From Longimicrobiales bacterium (GTDB taxonomy: Bacteria; Gemmatimonadota; Gemmatimonadetes; Longimicrobiales; Gaopeijiaceae), in NCBI GenBank assembly GCA_965238005.1, contig OZ250165.1, positions 3,328,001 through 3,392,000 on the forward strand: a stretch of DNA of 64,000 bases, read 5' to 3'. A model generated the notes under the pieces. The model ran no database searches and was not told the origin of the DNA. It worked only from the letters and a program-made list of their open reading frames with translations. The translations under genes and the position numbers were made by a program. Position 1 is the stretch's first letter, and each line of letters begins with the position of its first letter. Below, one piece after another: positions 12,905 through 23,978 of the stretch.

Positions 12905-13453
12905 TCAGCAACCACATTTCTCCTGGGCCTGGGAGTTACCCATGCACTTTCCATTACAACACATTCTCTTGTCGCAAGTGGTTCCGGTGTTGTTGATGCA
13001 TGGGGTGCAAACCGGCATCCCTCCACAAGCATTTTGGGGCAGGCACGAGGTTTGTGCCGCCGCCAACGGCGCGACGATCGAATCGATCACCGGCAGGAGC
13101 AGCGAGATCCCGGCTGCCCGTCGCAGAGTTCGTAGCATCTCCCGACGCGAGTATCGGGCCCGATCCGCCGGCAGTGCCACCGGCTCACTCAGCAAGTGTG
13201 CCCGGTCCAAGCGGTCCAGCGCCATCCACACCACTGCCTCGTCGGCCGGGAGCTCCAGTTCCTTTTTCAGCAGCGCGGCCGTATCGGCCACGCTCGTTCG
13301 CCCATTGCAGCACCGCCACACGAGGGCGGCCGTGTGATTCAGGCAAGAGGCCTTGTGGCGCTCCAGGTCGTAGATCAGGATTTCGTCCTGCAAGTCCTCG
13401 ACAACCAGCTCGTCTTGCCTCGCCCGGGGCATCAGCGCTCTTGTGGTTTCCAT
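12905..13453 (-). CDS. PqqD/RRE domain fused to twin-arginine-like signal and 10-Cys core (putative precursor), module A
   Basis: Start ATG 13453 (METTRALMPRAR) after GGAGTGAGG; EILIYDL..CLNHTAALVWRCCNG; SRREMLR..LLLPVIDSIVAPLAAAQ; 48 aa tail with 10 Cys. Confidence 0.8.
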   Translation of the reverse strand: METTRALMPRARQDELVVEDLQDEILIYDLERHKASCLNHTAALVWRCCNGRTSVADTAALLKKELELPADEAVVWMALDRLDRAHLLSEPVALPADRARYSRREMLRTLRRAAGISLLLPVIDSIVAPLAAAQTSCLPQNACGGMPVCTPCINNTGTTCDKRMCCNGKCMGNSQAQEKCGC

Positions 13454-13550
13454 AGGTACCTCACTCCAAAATCGCTGGCGCGTGCTTACACTACCATTAT
13501 TCACGATTCATATGTGGCGCACAAGCCAAAACTCGTCCCGAGCTACCGCT

Positions 13551-14393
13551 TCACGAACCTCGGCCCGCCTGTTTCGTTAACCGGCCCAAGAGGACTTCGG
13601 CGATTCCCCCGGCCTCACCACGCGCTCCCTTTAGCACCATCGCCTCGGCCGTGGCCGCACGCAGCGTCGCGAAGACCCGCTCCGGATCGCGTCTGGCGGG
13701 GACGGTGTGGGCCAAGAGTTCCATCACCGCCCGCCCAGGCGAAAGCCGGCGCGGTCGCCACCGCACACCCTCCCGGTAGCTTGTCGCGACGACCAATCCT
13801 ACCGGGAGCGGTCTGACACCGGTTGTCCCGCCCAAAGCTTCCGGGAGGATCTTCTTCGGGCGTCCACCCCCGTTCTGCCGCATCGACAAAGGCTTCGGAT
13901 AGGGATGCACCCGACCACGCTCATCGAGCACGGCGTATTCATCCGAGTAGTACGTCGCCCCCGCCTCGACCAATGCCTTGATCAGGGTCGTCTTGCCGCT
14001 CATGCTACGCCCCGGGATGACGATCGCCCTGCCACGCCAGCCCACGACGCCGGCATGGACAAACACCCTGCGGCGGGCATGTTCGGCGACGTATAGATGC
14101 AAGTGGTTTTCGAGGTCTTCCAGTACCTGGTCCGTGTCCTTCGTTCGTACCAGCCTTACCGCGCCCGCATACAGAATATTGAAACGGCGAACGTTGGAGC
14201 CGACCTTGGTTCCGCTGGCTATCAGCGAATACAAACCACCGACGCGGGGCCCGCGAGCCGGCTTGGCATGCGGTGGAAGCACTCCTTCAATCCGATCCAT
14301 GATCTCCGGACTACTCACCCGGATCCCGATGCGTAAGCCGTAGGAGACGAACGCGATCCCCGCCGCCCACCCGAGGCGGTCGATTTTCTCCAT
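13551..14393 (-). CDS. HPr-kinase-related P-loop Ser/Thr kinase, module A
   Basis: FVHAGVV...PGRSMSGKTTL (Walker A), YYSDE. Confidence 0.8.
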   Translation of the reverse strand: MEKIDRLGWAAGIAFVSYGLRIGIRVSSPEIMDRIEGVLPPHAKPARGPRVGGLYSLIASGTKVGSNVRRFNILYAGAVRLVRTKDTDQVLEDLENHLHLYVAEHARRRVFVHAGVVGWRGRAIVIPGRSMSGKTTLIKALVEAGATYYSDEYAVLDERGRVHPYPKPLSMRQNGGGRPKKILPEALGGTTGVRPLPVGLVVATSYREGVRWRPRRLSPGRAVMELLAHTVPARRDPERVFATLRAATAEAMVLKGARGEAGGIAEVLLGRLTKQAGRGS

Positions 14394-14468
14394 TCAGGTG
14401 GACCCCGGCACCAACACCATCTCGTCGACGTCGCACATCTGCGGTGGAGATCCTCTGTGCTGTTTCAT
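14394..14468 (-). CDS. Putative 24-aa small ORF abutting kinase A (MKQHRGSPPQMCDVDEMVLVPGST)
   Basis: TGA directly followed by the kinase ATG (TGAATG); collinear with 9962..10036. Confidence 0.3.
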   Translation of the reverse strand: MKQHRGSPPQMCDVDEMVLVPGST

Positions 14469-14644
14469 GGGGCAATTACACCACCGCGATTGACGAGCCG
14501 ATCGCAGCGCCATTAGAAGGCCGGCGCGACACTGTAAGTCAATGCATCATAACAAGTTCAGTCAGAAGGAACCAGTCGCCCCAGCACCCTGAAAGCCCGT
14601 TCGTACAGCACGTCCTAACCACACTGGACGCCCGATCACACCGC

Positions 14645-14683
14645 AAAAATATGAGGGGGAGTGCCCATCGGGCACTCCCCCTC
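14645..14683 (-). terminator. Intrinsic terminator after rpoC
   Basis: 14-bp stem gagggggagtgccc-atc-gggcactccccctc followed on the minus strand by atattttt. Confidence 0.75.
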
Positions 14684-14702
14684 GCTCACTCAACCGGCTT
14701 GC

Positions 14703-14793
14703 CGAAGCGGGTCGTCGGCTCCCCGGAGCGACGATCTGCGGCGCAGCCGTAGAGCGTAGCGTCGGCGCGCAGAGGAGCCGACGACCCGCTTCG
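14703..14793. repeat. 20-bp perfect inverted repeat with 51-nt loop just after the rpoC stop
   Basis: cgaagcgggtcgtcggctcc (14703-14722) / ggagccgacgacccgcttcg (14774-14793). Confidence 0.85.
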
Positions 14794-14795
14794 AC

Positions 14796-17700
14796 CTAGT
14801 CGGCCGTGACCTCTTCGAGCCCGATCAGCTCGCCCGGATCCACCAACGGAAGAATCTCCTCCTCGTAGAACGATTGCTCGACCATGAACTCCACGTCCTG
14901 ATACCGATGGACACCGGTTCCGGCTGGGATGAGGTGACCGATGATGATGTTCTCCTTGAGCCCCTTCAGGTCGTCCCTGGCGCCCCGGACTGCGGCGTCC
15001 GTAAGCACGCGGGTCGTCTCCTGGAAAGAGGCGGCCGAGATGAAGGACTCGGTCGTGAGGCTCGCCTTGGTGATCCCCAGCAGGAGCGGCTCGGAGCGAG
15101 CCGGCTTCTTGCCGTCTTTGATCGATCTGCGGTTCACCTCGCGGAATTCGACCCGGTCGACGTTCTCCCCTTCCAGCAGCGCCGTCTCACCGGGATCGGT
15201 GATGCGGACCTTCTGGAGCATCTGCCGGACGATCACACCGATGTGCTTGTCGTTGATTTGCACGCCCTGCAGTCGGTACACCTCCTGGATCCCGTTGAGC
15301 AGGTACTCCTGCACGGCCCGGGGGCCACGGATCTTCAGGATGTCGTGCGGGTTGATGGGACCCTCGGACAGACGGTCACCCGCCCGCACCCGGTCACCCT
15401 CGTGCACCCGCATGTGCTTGCCGACGGGCACCGGGTAAGCCCTCTCGTCCTTCTCCCCGGTGTCCGGCGTCACGATCACTTCGCGCTTGCCTCGTTTGAT
15501 GTCGCCGAAACGTACCTCGCCGTCGATCTCCGTGATGACCGCCGGGTCCTTCGGGCGACGCGCCTCGAAGAGCTCAGCAACGCGCGGCAGACCCCCCGTG
15601 ATATCTCGGGTCTTATACACCTCGCGGCTGATCTTGGCGATGGTGTCGCCGGGGTTGATCTTCTCACCGTCCCGGACCGTGAGCTGGGCGCCCATCGGGA
15701 TGATGAACTCCCGGAGCTTCTCGGCCTTCTTCGTGCCCTTCCGAATCTGGATAGTCGGGTGCAGCTTCTTGTCGCGATCCTCGATGATCGTCATCTGGCG
15801 ACGACCCGTGGACTCGTCCAGCTCCTCCCTCATGGTCTGCTCGTCGACGATGTCGACGAACTTCACGACCCCGCCGGAGTCGGCCACGATGGGCTCGGAA
15901 TACGGGTCCCAGCTGAAGAGCAGGTCGCCGGACTCGATCACCTGCCCCTCTTCAGCCGCGAGCGTCGCGCCGTACGGAACGCTCAGGCGACTACGGACCT
16001 GGCCCTCCGCCGTCTTGAGCAGGATCTGCCCCTCGCGTGAGGTCACGATCAGCTCGTCGTTGGGCGTAAGAACCGTGGTGACGCGCTCCAGAGCCGCCAC
16101 TCCGTCGATCTTCGAGCGACGCTGGGTCTGAGCCGCGATCCGGGCCGCTGTTCCTCCGATATGGAACGTCCGCAGCGTGAGCTGCGTCCCGGGCTCGCCG
16201 ATCGACTGGGCCGCCAGAATCCCGACGGCCTCACCGATGTCGACCAGCTGCATGGTGGCCAGGTTCCGGCCATAGCACATGTGGCAGAGGCCCCTCTTGG
16301 ACTCACACGTCAGCACGGACCGGATCTTCACGACCTGAATCCCTGCAGCTTCGATGGCGTCCGCGGTCTCCTCTTCGATGAGATGGCCGGCCTGGACCAG
16401 CAACTCTCCGTCGATGGGATCGTAGACGTCCTCGAGGGCCACGTTGCCCACGATTCGGTCCATGAGAGGCTCGATGATGTCCTCACCCTCCTTGAGGGCA
16501 GTCATCTCGAGGCCGAGGATGGTCCCGCAGTCTTCCCCGGTGATGGTCACGTCCTGGGCGACGTCGACGAGGCGGCGCGTGAGGTACCCTGCGTCCGCCG
16601 TCTTCAACGCCGTGTCGGCGAGACCCTTCCGCGCTCCGTGGGTAGAGATGAAGTACTCCACCACCGACAGCCCCTCGCGGAAGTTGGACTTGATGGGGCT
16701 CTCGATGATCTCGCCGATGCCACCCGTGAGCTTCTTTTGGGGCTTGGCCATGAGGCCACGCATCCCGGCGAGCTGCCGCATCTGGTCGCGGTTACCTCGC
16801 GCCCCGGAGGTCATCATCATGTAGACGGGGTTGAAGCCCTCCTGAGAACGCTCCAGCCGCTTGACCATGGCGTCGGCTACGTCGTTGTTGGCGTGGGTCC
16901 AGGTGTCGATGACCTTGTTGTACCGCTCACCGTTGGAGATGTAGCCGCTGGAGTACGCCTTCTGAAAGCGCTTGACCTGCTCGCCGGCTTCGTCCAGGAT
17001 CTGCGGCTTCTCATCCGGCACATCGAGGTCGGCGATACCCACGCTGATCCCACCCATGGTGGCGTACCGGAAGCCGAAGTCCTTCAGATAGTCCAAGAAC
17101 TCGGTCGTACGGGTCAGCCCCACGGTGGTGAAACAGTCGAAGACGAGGTCTCCCAGCTCCTTCTTGCCGAACGTCTGGTTGAAGAAGCCCAGCTCCGCCG
17201 GGATGATGGAGTTGAACAGCACGCGTCCCGCCGTGCACCTGAGCCACTTGCCGTCGTGGTCTCCGTCCTCCTCGGGATGCTTCGGCACCCAGTACCAGCA
17301 CGGGCTGTTGAACTGGAGCCAACCGCCCTCCAGCCCCATCTCCACCTCTCCGAACGTGGAGAAGTGGGGAACGTCGGCGTAGATCTCGTCAAGGCCCTCT
17401 TCGGCAGCGGCCCGAGCGTTCTTGGGCGCCTTGCTGTTGTACGCCACCTCCTCCAGGTCCGAGATCTCCAGGGCCGGCTTGGTGAGGTAGTACCCACCGA
17501 TGACCATGTCCTGGGACGGCGCCGTGACCGGTCGGCCGTGGGATGGCAGCAGGATGTTGTTGCTCGATAGCATGAGCACCCGTGCCTCGAGCTGCGCCTC
17601 GAACGACAGAGGTACGTGAACCGCCATCTGGTCCCCGTCGAAGTCGGCGTTGAACGCCGCGCACACGAGCGGGTGGATCCGGATGGCCTTCCCCTCCACG

Positions 17701-19091
17701 AGCACGGGCTCGAACGCCTGGATGCCCAGACGGTGGAGCGTCGGGGCTCGGTTCAGCAGCACCGGGTGGTCTTTGATGATGTCCTCGAGGACTTCATAGA
17801 CCTTCGGATCGTCACGCTCGACGATCTTCTTGGCTCTCTTGACCGTCTCGGCCTCGCCCCGCTTCTCGAGCTCGTGGATGATGAACGGCTTGAACAGCTC
17901 CACGGCCATGGCCTTGGGCAGGCCGCACTGGTGCAGTTTGAGCTCGGGACCGACCACGATGACCGAGCGACCAGAGTAGTCCACCCGCTTCCCGAGCAGG
18001 TTCTGGCGGAAGCGTCCCTGCTTGCCCTTTAGCATGTCGGACAGTGACTTGAGGGGACGCTTGCCCCGACCGCGAATGGCCTTCGAACGCCGCCCGTTGT
18101 CGAAGAGCGCGTCGACGGCCTCCTGAAGCATGCGCTTCTCATTCCGGAGGATGACCTCCGGGGCGCGCATGTCGATGAGCTTCTTGAGCCGGTTATTCCG
18201 GTTGATGACCCGACGGTACAGGTCGTTCAGGTCGGAGGTGGCGAACCGTCCCCCGTCCAGCGGAACCAGAGGCCGAAGGTCGGGCGGAATCACCGGAATC
18301 ACATCCATGACCATCCACTCGGGCCGGTTCCGTTCGCCCACGCTGCCGCCCGAGTTGCGCAAGGCGTCGACCACCTTGAGCCGCTTCAGCTTCTTCTTCT
18401 TACGGTGCTGTGACGTCTCCGTGGCGATCTCGATCCGCAGCCAATGTGCCAGGCGATCGAGGCCTTTGCCGTCGGAGTTGCGGTCGTTGATCCGGCGCAC
18501 CGGGCTGTCGAGCATCTTGAGAAGCGTGCGAACCGCCTCGGCACCGATCTCGGCCTTGAACCTCTCGTCGCCCTTGTCTCGCGACTTCACCCGCAGATCG
18601 TAGTACTCGTCCTCGTCCAGGAGCTCGAGGAACTCGACATCCTGCTTGCCGGGGTGCGTCACCACGTACGAGGCGTAGTAGATCACCTTCTCCAGATCCC
18701 GCAGCGTCATCCCGACCAGGTACCCCAGCTGGCTAGGTAGCGTCTTGAAGAACCAGATGTGACAGATGGGCACTGCCAACTCGATGTGGCCCATGCGCTC
18801 GCGGCGAACCTTGGAGAGCGTGACCTCGACCCCGCAGCGATCACAGACGTGCCCCCGGAACCGGATCCGCTTGAACTTCCCGCAGTGACACTCCCAGTCC
18901 TTCACCGGACCGAAGATGCGCTCACAGAACAGTCCGTCCCGCTCCGGCTTGAAGGACCGGTAGTTGATGGTCTCGGGCTTAGTCACCTCACCGAACGACC
19001 AGGAGCGGATCTCCTCGGGAGCGGCGATTCTGATCTGGATGAAGTCGAAGTCCGAGGAGCGCTGCTCTCTCGACCTGGGAAAATCGATCAT
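14796..19091 (-). CDS. rpoC: RNA polymerase beta' subunit
   Basis: [12 protein letters not shown] catalytic motif, [12 protein letters not shown], Zn-finger cysteines. Confidence 0.99.
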   Translation of the reverse strand: MIDFPRSREQRSSDFDFIQIRIAAPEEIRSWSFGEVTKPETINYRSFKPERDGLFCERIFGPVKDWECHCGKFKRIRFRGHVCDRCGVEVTLSKVRRERMGHIELAVPICHIWFFKTLPSQLGYLVGMTLRDLEKVIYYASYVVTHPGKQDVEFLELLDEDEYYDLRVKSRDKGDERFKAEIGAEAVRTLLKMLDSPVRRINDRNSDGKGLDRLAHWLRIEIATETSQHRKKKKLKRLKVVDALRNSGGSVGERNRPEWMVMDVIPVIPPDLRPLVPLDGGRFATSDLNDLYRRVINRNNRLKKLIDMRAPEVILRNEKRMLQEAVDALFDNGRRSKAIRGRGKRPLKSLSDMLKGKQGRFRQNLLGKRVDYSGRSVIVVGPELKLHQCGLPKAMAVELFKPFIIHELEKRGEAETVKRAKKIVERDDPKVYEVLEDIIKDHPVLLNRAPTLHRLGIQAFEPVLVEGKAIRIHPLVCAAFNADFDGDQMAVHVPLSFEAQLEARVLMLSSNNILLPSHGRPVTAPSQDMVIGGYYLTKPALEISDLEEVAYNSKAPKNARAAAEEGLDEIYADVPHFSTFGEVEMGLEGGWLQFNSPCWYWVPKHPEEDGDHDGKWLRCTAGRVLFNSIIPAELGFFNQTFGKKELGDLVFDCFTTVGLTRTTEFLDYLKDFGFRYATMGGISVGIADLDVPDEKPQILDEAGEQVKRFQKAYSSGYISNGERYNKVIDTWTHANNDVADAMVKRLERSQEGFNPVYMMMTSGARGNRDQMRQLAGMRGLMAKPQKKLTGGIGEIIESPIKSNFREGLSVVEYFISTHGARKGLADTALKTADAGYLTRRLVDVAQDVTITGEDCGTILGLEMTALKEGEDIIEPLMDRIVGNVALEDVYDPIDGELLVQAGHLIEEETADAIEAAGIQVVKIRSVLTCESKRGLCHMCYGRNLATMQLVDIGEAVGILAAQSIGEPGTQLTLRTFHIGGTAARIAAQTQRRSKIDGVAALERVTTVLTPNDELIVTSREGQILLKTAEGQVRSRLSVPYGATLAAEEGQVIESGDLLFSWDPYSEPIVADSGGVVKFVDIVDEQTMREELDESTGRRQMTIIEDRDKKLHPTIQIRKGTKKAEKLREFIIPMGAQLTVRDGEKINPGDTIAKISREVYKTRDITGGLPRVAELFEARRPKDPAVITEIDGEVRFGDIKRGKREVIVTPDTGEKDERAYPVPVGKHMRVHEGDRVRAGDRLSEGPINPHDILKIRGPRAVQEYLLNGIQEVYRLQGVQINDKHIGVIVRQMLQKVRITDPGETALLEGENVDRVEFREVNRRSIKDGKKPARSEPLLLGITKASLTTESFISAASFQETTRVLTDAAVRGARDDLKGLKENIIIGHLIPAGTGVHRYQDVEFMVEQSFYEEEILPLVDPGELIGLEEVTAD

Positions 19092-19094
19092 CGT

Positions 19095-22000
19095 CTATTC
19101 CTCCCGGCCGAGGGTTACGCTCAGGCCGAGGGCCTGCAGCTCTTTTACTAGCACGTTGAATGACTCCGGAATTCCGGGTTGGGGCAGGTTGTCTCCCTTC
19201 ACGATGGCCTCGTAGACCTTCGAGCGGCCCGCCACGTCGTCAGACTTCACAGTGAGGATCTCCTGGAGCGTGTGTGCGGCGCCGTACGCCTCCAGCGCCC
19301 AAACCTCCATCTCCCCGAAGCGCTGGCCGCCGAACTGGGCCTTGCCGGCCAGCGGCTGCTGCGTCACCAAGGAGTAGGGTCCGATGCTCCGGGCGTGGAT
19401 CTTGTCATCCACCAGGTGGCTGAGCTTCAGCATGTAGATCACGCCGACGGTGACGGGGAAATCGAACTGCCGCCCGCTGCGTCCGTCCCTCAGAAACGCC
19501 TTACCGTTGGGCAGGATGCTCGCCGATTCCATGATCTCGAGGGAGGCCGCGTCCAGTCCCTCGTCCAGCTTCTGCTTCCGATTGAGGTGCGCGATGGCGG
19601 GGAACTCCTCCGAGAACGTTCCGTCCCGGCGCCCGGCCAACTCCTTCCCGGCTTCGACCAGGTAGTCCCTGAGCGCATCGAAGAAGACAGCCAGCGGCTT
19701 CGAGAGCTTGAGCTTCAGGTAGGCGTCCAAAGTCCGTCCGATCCCGCTCTTGGAAGAGTCTATACCGTTCCCGTTGCCGTGGGCCCGGGCCTCCCTCGCA
19801 GGTAGGTCATGGGCCAGGTCGATGAGCTCGATCGTGGACTCGGCGTCGAGGGCCGGCATCTCCGCCTTGATGTCAAGGCACTGATGGGCCCACCGGAGGC
19901 CTGCGACCTTGAGAAGAAGGCCCACCTCGTCCTCGGAAGCCCCGTGGAAGACGGGCGTCTTGGCCTCGAATCCCAGGACACGGGCCGCCCACCCCAGGTG
20001 CGTCTCCAGGACCTGTCCCACATTCATGCGCGAGGGCACGCCCAACGGGTTGAGCACGATCTCGACGGGCGTCCCGTCGGGAAGGAACGGCATGTCCTCC
20101 TCGGGAGCGATCCGAGCGATGATGCCCTTGTTCCCATGCCGCCCGGCCATCTTGTCGCCTACGGAGATCTTCCGCTTCTCGGCGATGTAGACCTTCGCGA
20201 GCTGGACCACACCAGGCGGCAGCTCGTCGGGCTGGAAGACCTTGTCGATCTGCTCCTCGGTCTTCCCCTTCACCCGCTCGATCCGGTTCCTGGCCTCGTC
20301 GACCACGCGCCGGACGCGCCCGCTGGCCTCCTTGCTCCTCACCTTGAGGGTGCTCAGGTCGAGCTTGTTGAACTGCAACTCATCCAAGATCTCCCTCGTG
20401 AGCTTCGTGCCGTCTTCGAAGTACGGCTCAACGGTCCCCTTCTTGAGGGCCAAAGCCACGGTGTTCAGGTGGAGGATCTCACGTAGCTCTTCATCCCGAG
20501 CTGCGCTGGTGCGACTGATCTCCTCCCGCTCCTGCTGGCGAAGCTCACCGATCCGCGCCCCGTGCTCCTTCTCGAGAAGGGGATCGTCGATGCGTCGGGA
20601 GAAGATCTTCACGTCGATGACAGTGCCGCTCATTCCCGGAGGAACGCGCAGGGACGAGTCCTTCACGTCCTTGGCCTTCTCACCGAAGATGGCTGTCAGG
20701 AGCTTCTCCTCAGGCGAGAGCTCCGTCTCACCCTTGGGCGTGATCTTGCCCACCAGGATGTCGCCACTCGTCAGGCGAGCGCCGGTCCTGACGATTCCAC
20801 GCTCGTCCAGATCGACCAGGCTCTCCTCGGCCACGTTCGGGATCTCGCGGGTGATCTCCTCCATCCCGCGCTTCGTGTCTCTGACGTGCAACTCGAGCTC
20901 CTGGATGTGGATAGACGTGAACACGTCCTCCTTCACCAGCTTCTCGCTGATGACGATGGCGTCCTCGTAGTTGTATCCGTACCAGGGCATGAAGGCGACG
21001 AGCACGTTGCGGCCCAGCGCCAGCTCCCCGTTGTCCGTTGAAGGCCCGTCGGCGATGATGTCGCCGGGCTGGATCTCCTGGCCGTCCTCCACCAGGGGAC
21101 GCTGGTTGATGGCCGTGTCCTGGTTGGTGCGCCAGAACTTCTTGAGACGGTAGCGATCGTACTGGGCCAGCTTGGCCAGCGGCTGTTCGGTCTTGCCAGG
21201 CGTCACGGAGCCGGTGTCGATGACGATCTCTTCGGCCGTCACGTGGGCGACTCGTCCCCCCCGGCGGGCCGTGATGACCGCACCCGAGTCCCTGGCCACC
21301 TTGAACTCGAGGCCGGTGCCCACCAACGGTGCGTCCGTGTAGAGGAGCGGCACCGCCTGGCGCTGCATGTTCGAGCCCATGAGCGCCCGGTTGGCATCGT
21401 CGTGCTCGAGGAACGGGATCAACGCGGCGGCCACGGACACGAGCTGGTCGGGCGCCACGTCCATATAGTCGATGACCCCGGGCCGGAGCAGCGGGAAGTC
21501 TCCCCGCTCCCGGCACAGGACGAACTCGTTGACGAATGTCCCCCTGTCGTCCAGCGGCGCGTTGGCCTGGGCGATCCGCGACTCTTCCTCTTCGTTGGCC
21601 GAAAGCCACTCGATCTGGTTGGTGACCTTGCCCTTCTGCACCTTACGGTACGGAGTCTCCACGAAGCCGAGCTCGTTGATCCGGCTGTACGTCGTGAGGG
21701 AGGTGATGAGTCCGATGTTGGGACCCTCGGGGGTCTCGATGGGACACATGCGCCCGTAGTGGGAGTAGTGCACGTCCCGGACCTCGAAGCCGGCGCGCTC
21801 CCGCGTGAGGCCGCCGGGCCCCAGGGCGGACAGGCGCCGCTTGTGCGTCAGCTCGGCCAGCGGGTTCGTCTGGTCCATGAACTGGCTGAGCTGAGAAGAT
21901 CCGAAGAAGGCCTGGATGACGGCCGAGACCGTCCGGGCGTTCACCAGGTCGTCGATGTTGACCTTCTCCGGATCCGTGTTGATGGACATGCGCTCTTTGA

Positions 22001-23288
22001 CGAGCCGCGCCATCCGGGAGAGCCCCACCGAGAACTGGTTCGCGATGAGCTCACCCACGGTCCTGACCCGTCGGTTGCCGAGATGGTCGATGTCGTCGGT
22101 GCTCCCGCGGCCCTCACTCAGCTCGATGAGGTACCGGAGGATCTCGATGAAGTCCTCCTTGGTGAGGACCGTCTCGTGGGCAGGCGCATTGACGTCCAGG
22201 CGCTTGTTGATCTTGTAGCGGCCCACGCGGCCGAGATCATAGCGCTTGGGATTGAAGAAGACGCGCTCCAGTGCCAAGCGGGCCGTCTCTATGTTGGGCG
22301 CGTCTCCGGGCCGCAAGAGCGAGTAGATGGCGTTGAGTGCCTCCTCCTCGCTGTCGGTCGGGTCCTTCCGGAGGGTGTTCTTCACGATGGGGCTTTCGCC
22401 ACGACCCGAATCCCGCTCGCTGGCGTAGATCTTGATTCTCTTCCGGCCAGCCCTCTCCAGCCGCTCGGCCACCTCTTCGTCGATCTCGGTGGCCTCTTCG
22501 ACCAACACCTCACCGGTACCGCGATCGATGATCTCCTCGGCGATGACCGACCCGAGGATCTCCCTAGTGCCCTGCTTATCGACCGTTCGGGGATCCACGT
22601 TCTTCGTCGTGAAGAAGATCTGGTAGATGTCCGAGTCCGTTCCGTAGCCGAACGCCCTCAGAAGGGCCGTGGCCGGGAACTTCTTCTTCTTGTCGATGTG
22701 GACGTAGCAGATGTCGTTGATGTCGATGGTGAACTCGACCCACGAGCCCCTGAACGGGATGATCCGGGCGCTGTGCAGCTTCGTCCCGTTGGGGTGGATG
22801 CTCTCCTCGAACACCACGCCGGGTGAGCGGTGCAGCTGGCTGACCACGACCCGTTCGGCGCCGTTGATGATGAAGGTGCCCAGCTCGGTCAGGAGGGGCA
22901 GGTCACCGAGATAGACCTCCTTCTCGATGATGTCGCCTGGGCGCTTTTCGCCCCCTTCCAGCTCCTCCCAGACGATGAGACGTAGCTTCGCCTTGAGAGG
23001 CGCGGCATACGTCGTGTCCCGCTCGATGCACTCCTCGACCGAGTATTTCGGCTCACCCAGAGAGGCCGTGACGTACTCGAGCGTGAAGTTCTCGTGCACG
23101 TCTGAGATGGGGAAGATCTCCGTGAATACCCGGTCCAGTCCGAAATCCCACTGCTCCGAGAGATCCGCGTCCTGCTCCACGAGCTTCTCGAAGGAGCGGA
23201 GCTGGACGTCCAAGAGATTGGGCATCGGCATAACCGACTTGAGCTTCGCGAAGCTCACTACCGGACGATCATCTTTCCTAATATCCAA
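19095..23288 (-). CDS. rpoB: RNA polymerase beta subunit
   Basis: [48 protein letters not shown]. Confidence 0.99.
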   Translation of the reverse strand: MDIRKDDRPVVSFAKLKSVMPMPNLLDVQLRSFEKLVEQDADLSEQWDFGLDRVFTEIFPISDVHENFTLEYVTASLGEPKYSVEECIERDTTYAAPLKAKLRLIVWEELEGGEKRPGDIIEKEVYLGDLPLLTELGTFIINGAERVVVSQLHRSPGVVFEESIHPNGTKLHSARIIPFRGSWVEFTIDINDICYVHIDKKKKFPATALLRAFGYGTDSDIYQIFFTTKNVDPRTVDKQGTREILGSVIAEEIIDRGTGEVLVEEATEIDEEVAERLERAGRKRIKIYASERDSGRGESPIVKNTLRKDPTDSEEEALNAIYSLLRPGDAPNIETARLALERVFFNPKRYDLGRVGRYKINKRLDVNAPAHETVLTKEDFIEILRYLIELSEGRGSTDDIDHLGNRRVRTVGELIANQFSVGLSRMARLVKERMSINTDPEKVNIDDLVNARTVSAVIQAFFGSSQLSQFMDQTNPLAELTHKRRLSALGPGGLTRERAGFEVRDVHYSHYGRMCPIETPEGPNIGLITSLTTYSRINELGFVETPYRKVQKGKVTNQIEWLSANEEEESRIAQANAPLDDRGTFVNEFVLCRERGDFPLLRPGVIDYMDVAPDQLVSVAAALIPFLEHDDANRALMGSNMQRQAVPLLYTDAPLVGTGLEFKVARDSGAVITARRGGRVAHVTAEEIVIDTGSVTPGKTEQPLAKLAQYDRYRLKKFWRTNQDTAINQRPLVEDGQEIQPGDIIADGPSTDNGELALGRNVLVAFMPWYGYNYEDAIVISEKLVKEDVFTSIHIQELELHVRDTKRGMEEITREIPNVAEESLVDLDERGIVRTGARLTSGDILVGKITPKGETELSPEEKLLTAIFGEKAKDVKDSSLRVPPGMSGTVIDVKIFSRRIDDPLLEKEHGARIGELRQQEREEISRTSAARDEELREILHLNTVALALKKGTVEPYFEDGTKLTREILDELQFNKLDLSTLKVRSKEASGRVRRVVDEARNRIERVKGKTEEQIDKVFQPDELPPGVVQLAKVYIAEKRKISVGDKMAGRHGNKGIIARIAPEEDMPFLPDGTPVEIVLNPLGVPSRMNVGQVLETHLGWAARVLGFEAKTPVFHGASEDEVGLLLKVAGLRWAHQCLDIKAEMPALDAESTIELIDLAHDLPAREARAHGNGNGIDSSKSGIGRTLDAYLKLKLSKPLAVFFDALRDYLVEAGKELAGRRDGTFSEEFPAIAHLNRKQKLDEGLDAASLEIMESASILPNGKAFLRDGRSGRQFDFPVTVGVIYMLKLSHLVDDKIHARSIGPYSLVTQQPLAGKAQFGGQRFGEMEVWALEAYGAAHTLQEILTVKSDDVAGRSKVYEAIVKGDNLPQPGIPESFNVLVKELQALGLSVTLGREE

Positions 23289-23494
23289 GGGTTTCCCCCT
23301 TTGCTGGCCTGAACCCCGACGGGAGGCGGAACGAGCACATGTTCGAAAACGGATGAAGCGAACGAACCCCGGGGACGTACGCGTACGTCTCCGGAGGCCG
23401 ACGCGAGTTGGACCTGCGGTGATGAACCCGATATCTGGCGGGTCTCACCCGACGTCTCCCAGCCGAGCCGGGAGGTAACGTCACGGGGTGTGAC

Positions 23495-23875
23495 CTACTT
23501 CAGGGCTACGGCTGCGCCCTGCTCCTCCAGCTTCGCTTTGATCTGCTCAGCCTCGCCCTTCGTGACGGCCTCCCTGACGGTGCTCGGGGCTCCGTCGACG
23601 AGGTCCTTGGCTTCCTTCAGACCCAGGCTAGTGACCTCGCGGACCACCTTGATGACCTGGATCTTCTTGTCGCCAATGCCTTCGAGCACAACGTCGAACT
23701 CGGTCTGCTCCTCGGCAGCGTCCGCCCCACCGGCCGCGGGCCCGCCCGCGGCTGCCACGGAGGCGGCCAGGGCAGTGACGTTGAACTTGTCCTTGAACGC
23801 GTCGACGAACTCCGACAGCTCGAGGACAGTCATGTTGCCGATGGTCTCGAGAAGCTCTTCGTGGTTGGTAGCCAT
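23495..23875 (-). CDS. rplL: 50S ribosomal protein L7/L12
   Basis: [29 protein letters not shown]. Confidence 0.99.
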   Translation of the reverse strand: MATNHEELLETIGNMTVLELSEFVDAFKDKFNVTALAASVAAAGGPAAGGADAAEEQTEFDVVLEGIGDKKIQVIKVVREVTSLGLKEAKDLVDGAPSTVREAVTKGEAEQIKAKLEEQGAAVALK

Positions 23876-23978
23876 GATCGTGGCTCTCTCCTCAGTGCAC
23901 CCGGCCTCGGGCCAGGGTTGGGCGTGAATTCCCGGTTGTCACCTTGTTTAACAGGAGGCTCCTCCATGTGCCAGGAGG

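Noticed and set aside
8493..13453. Diversity-generating retroelement behind the variable cores
   Set aside because: No reverse transcriptase; the cores are unalignable rather than differing at adenines
7311..14393. Lasso peptide gene cluster
   Set aside because: Kinase, RRE and NTase are present, but no asparagine-synthetase-like cyclase, no transglutaminase-like B2 and no lasso-type precursor were seen in the window
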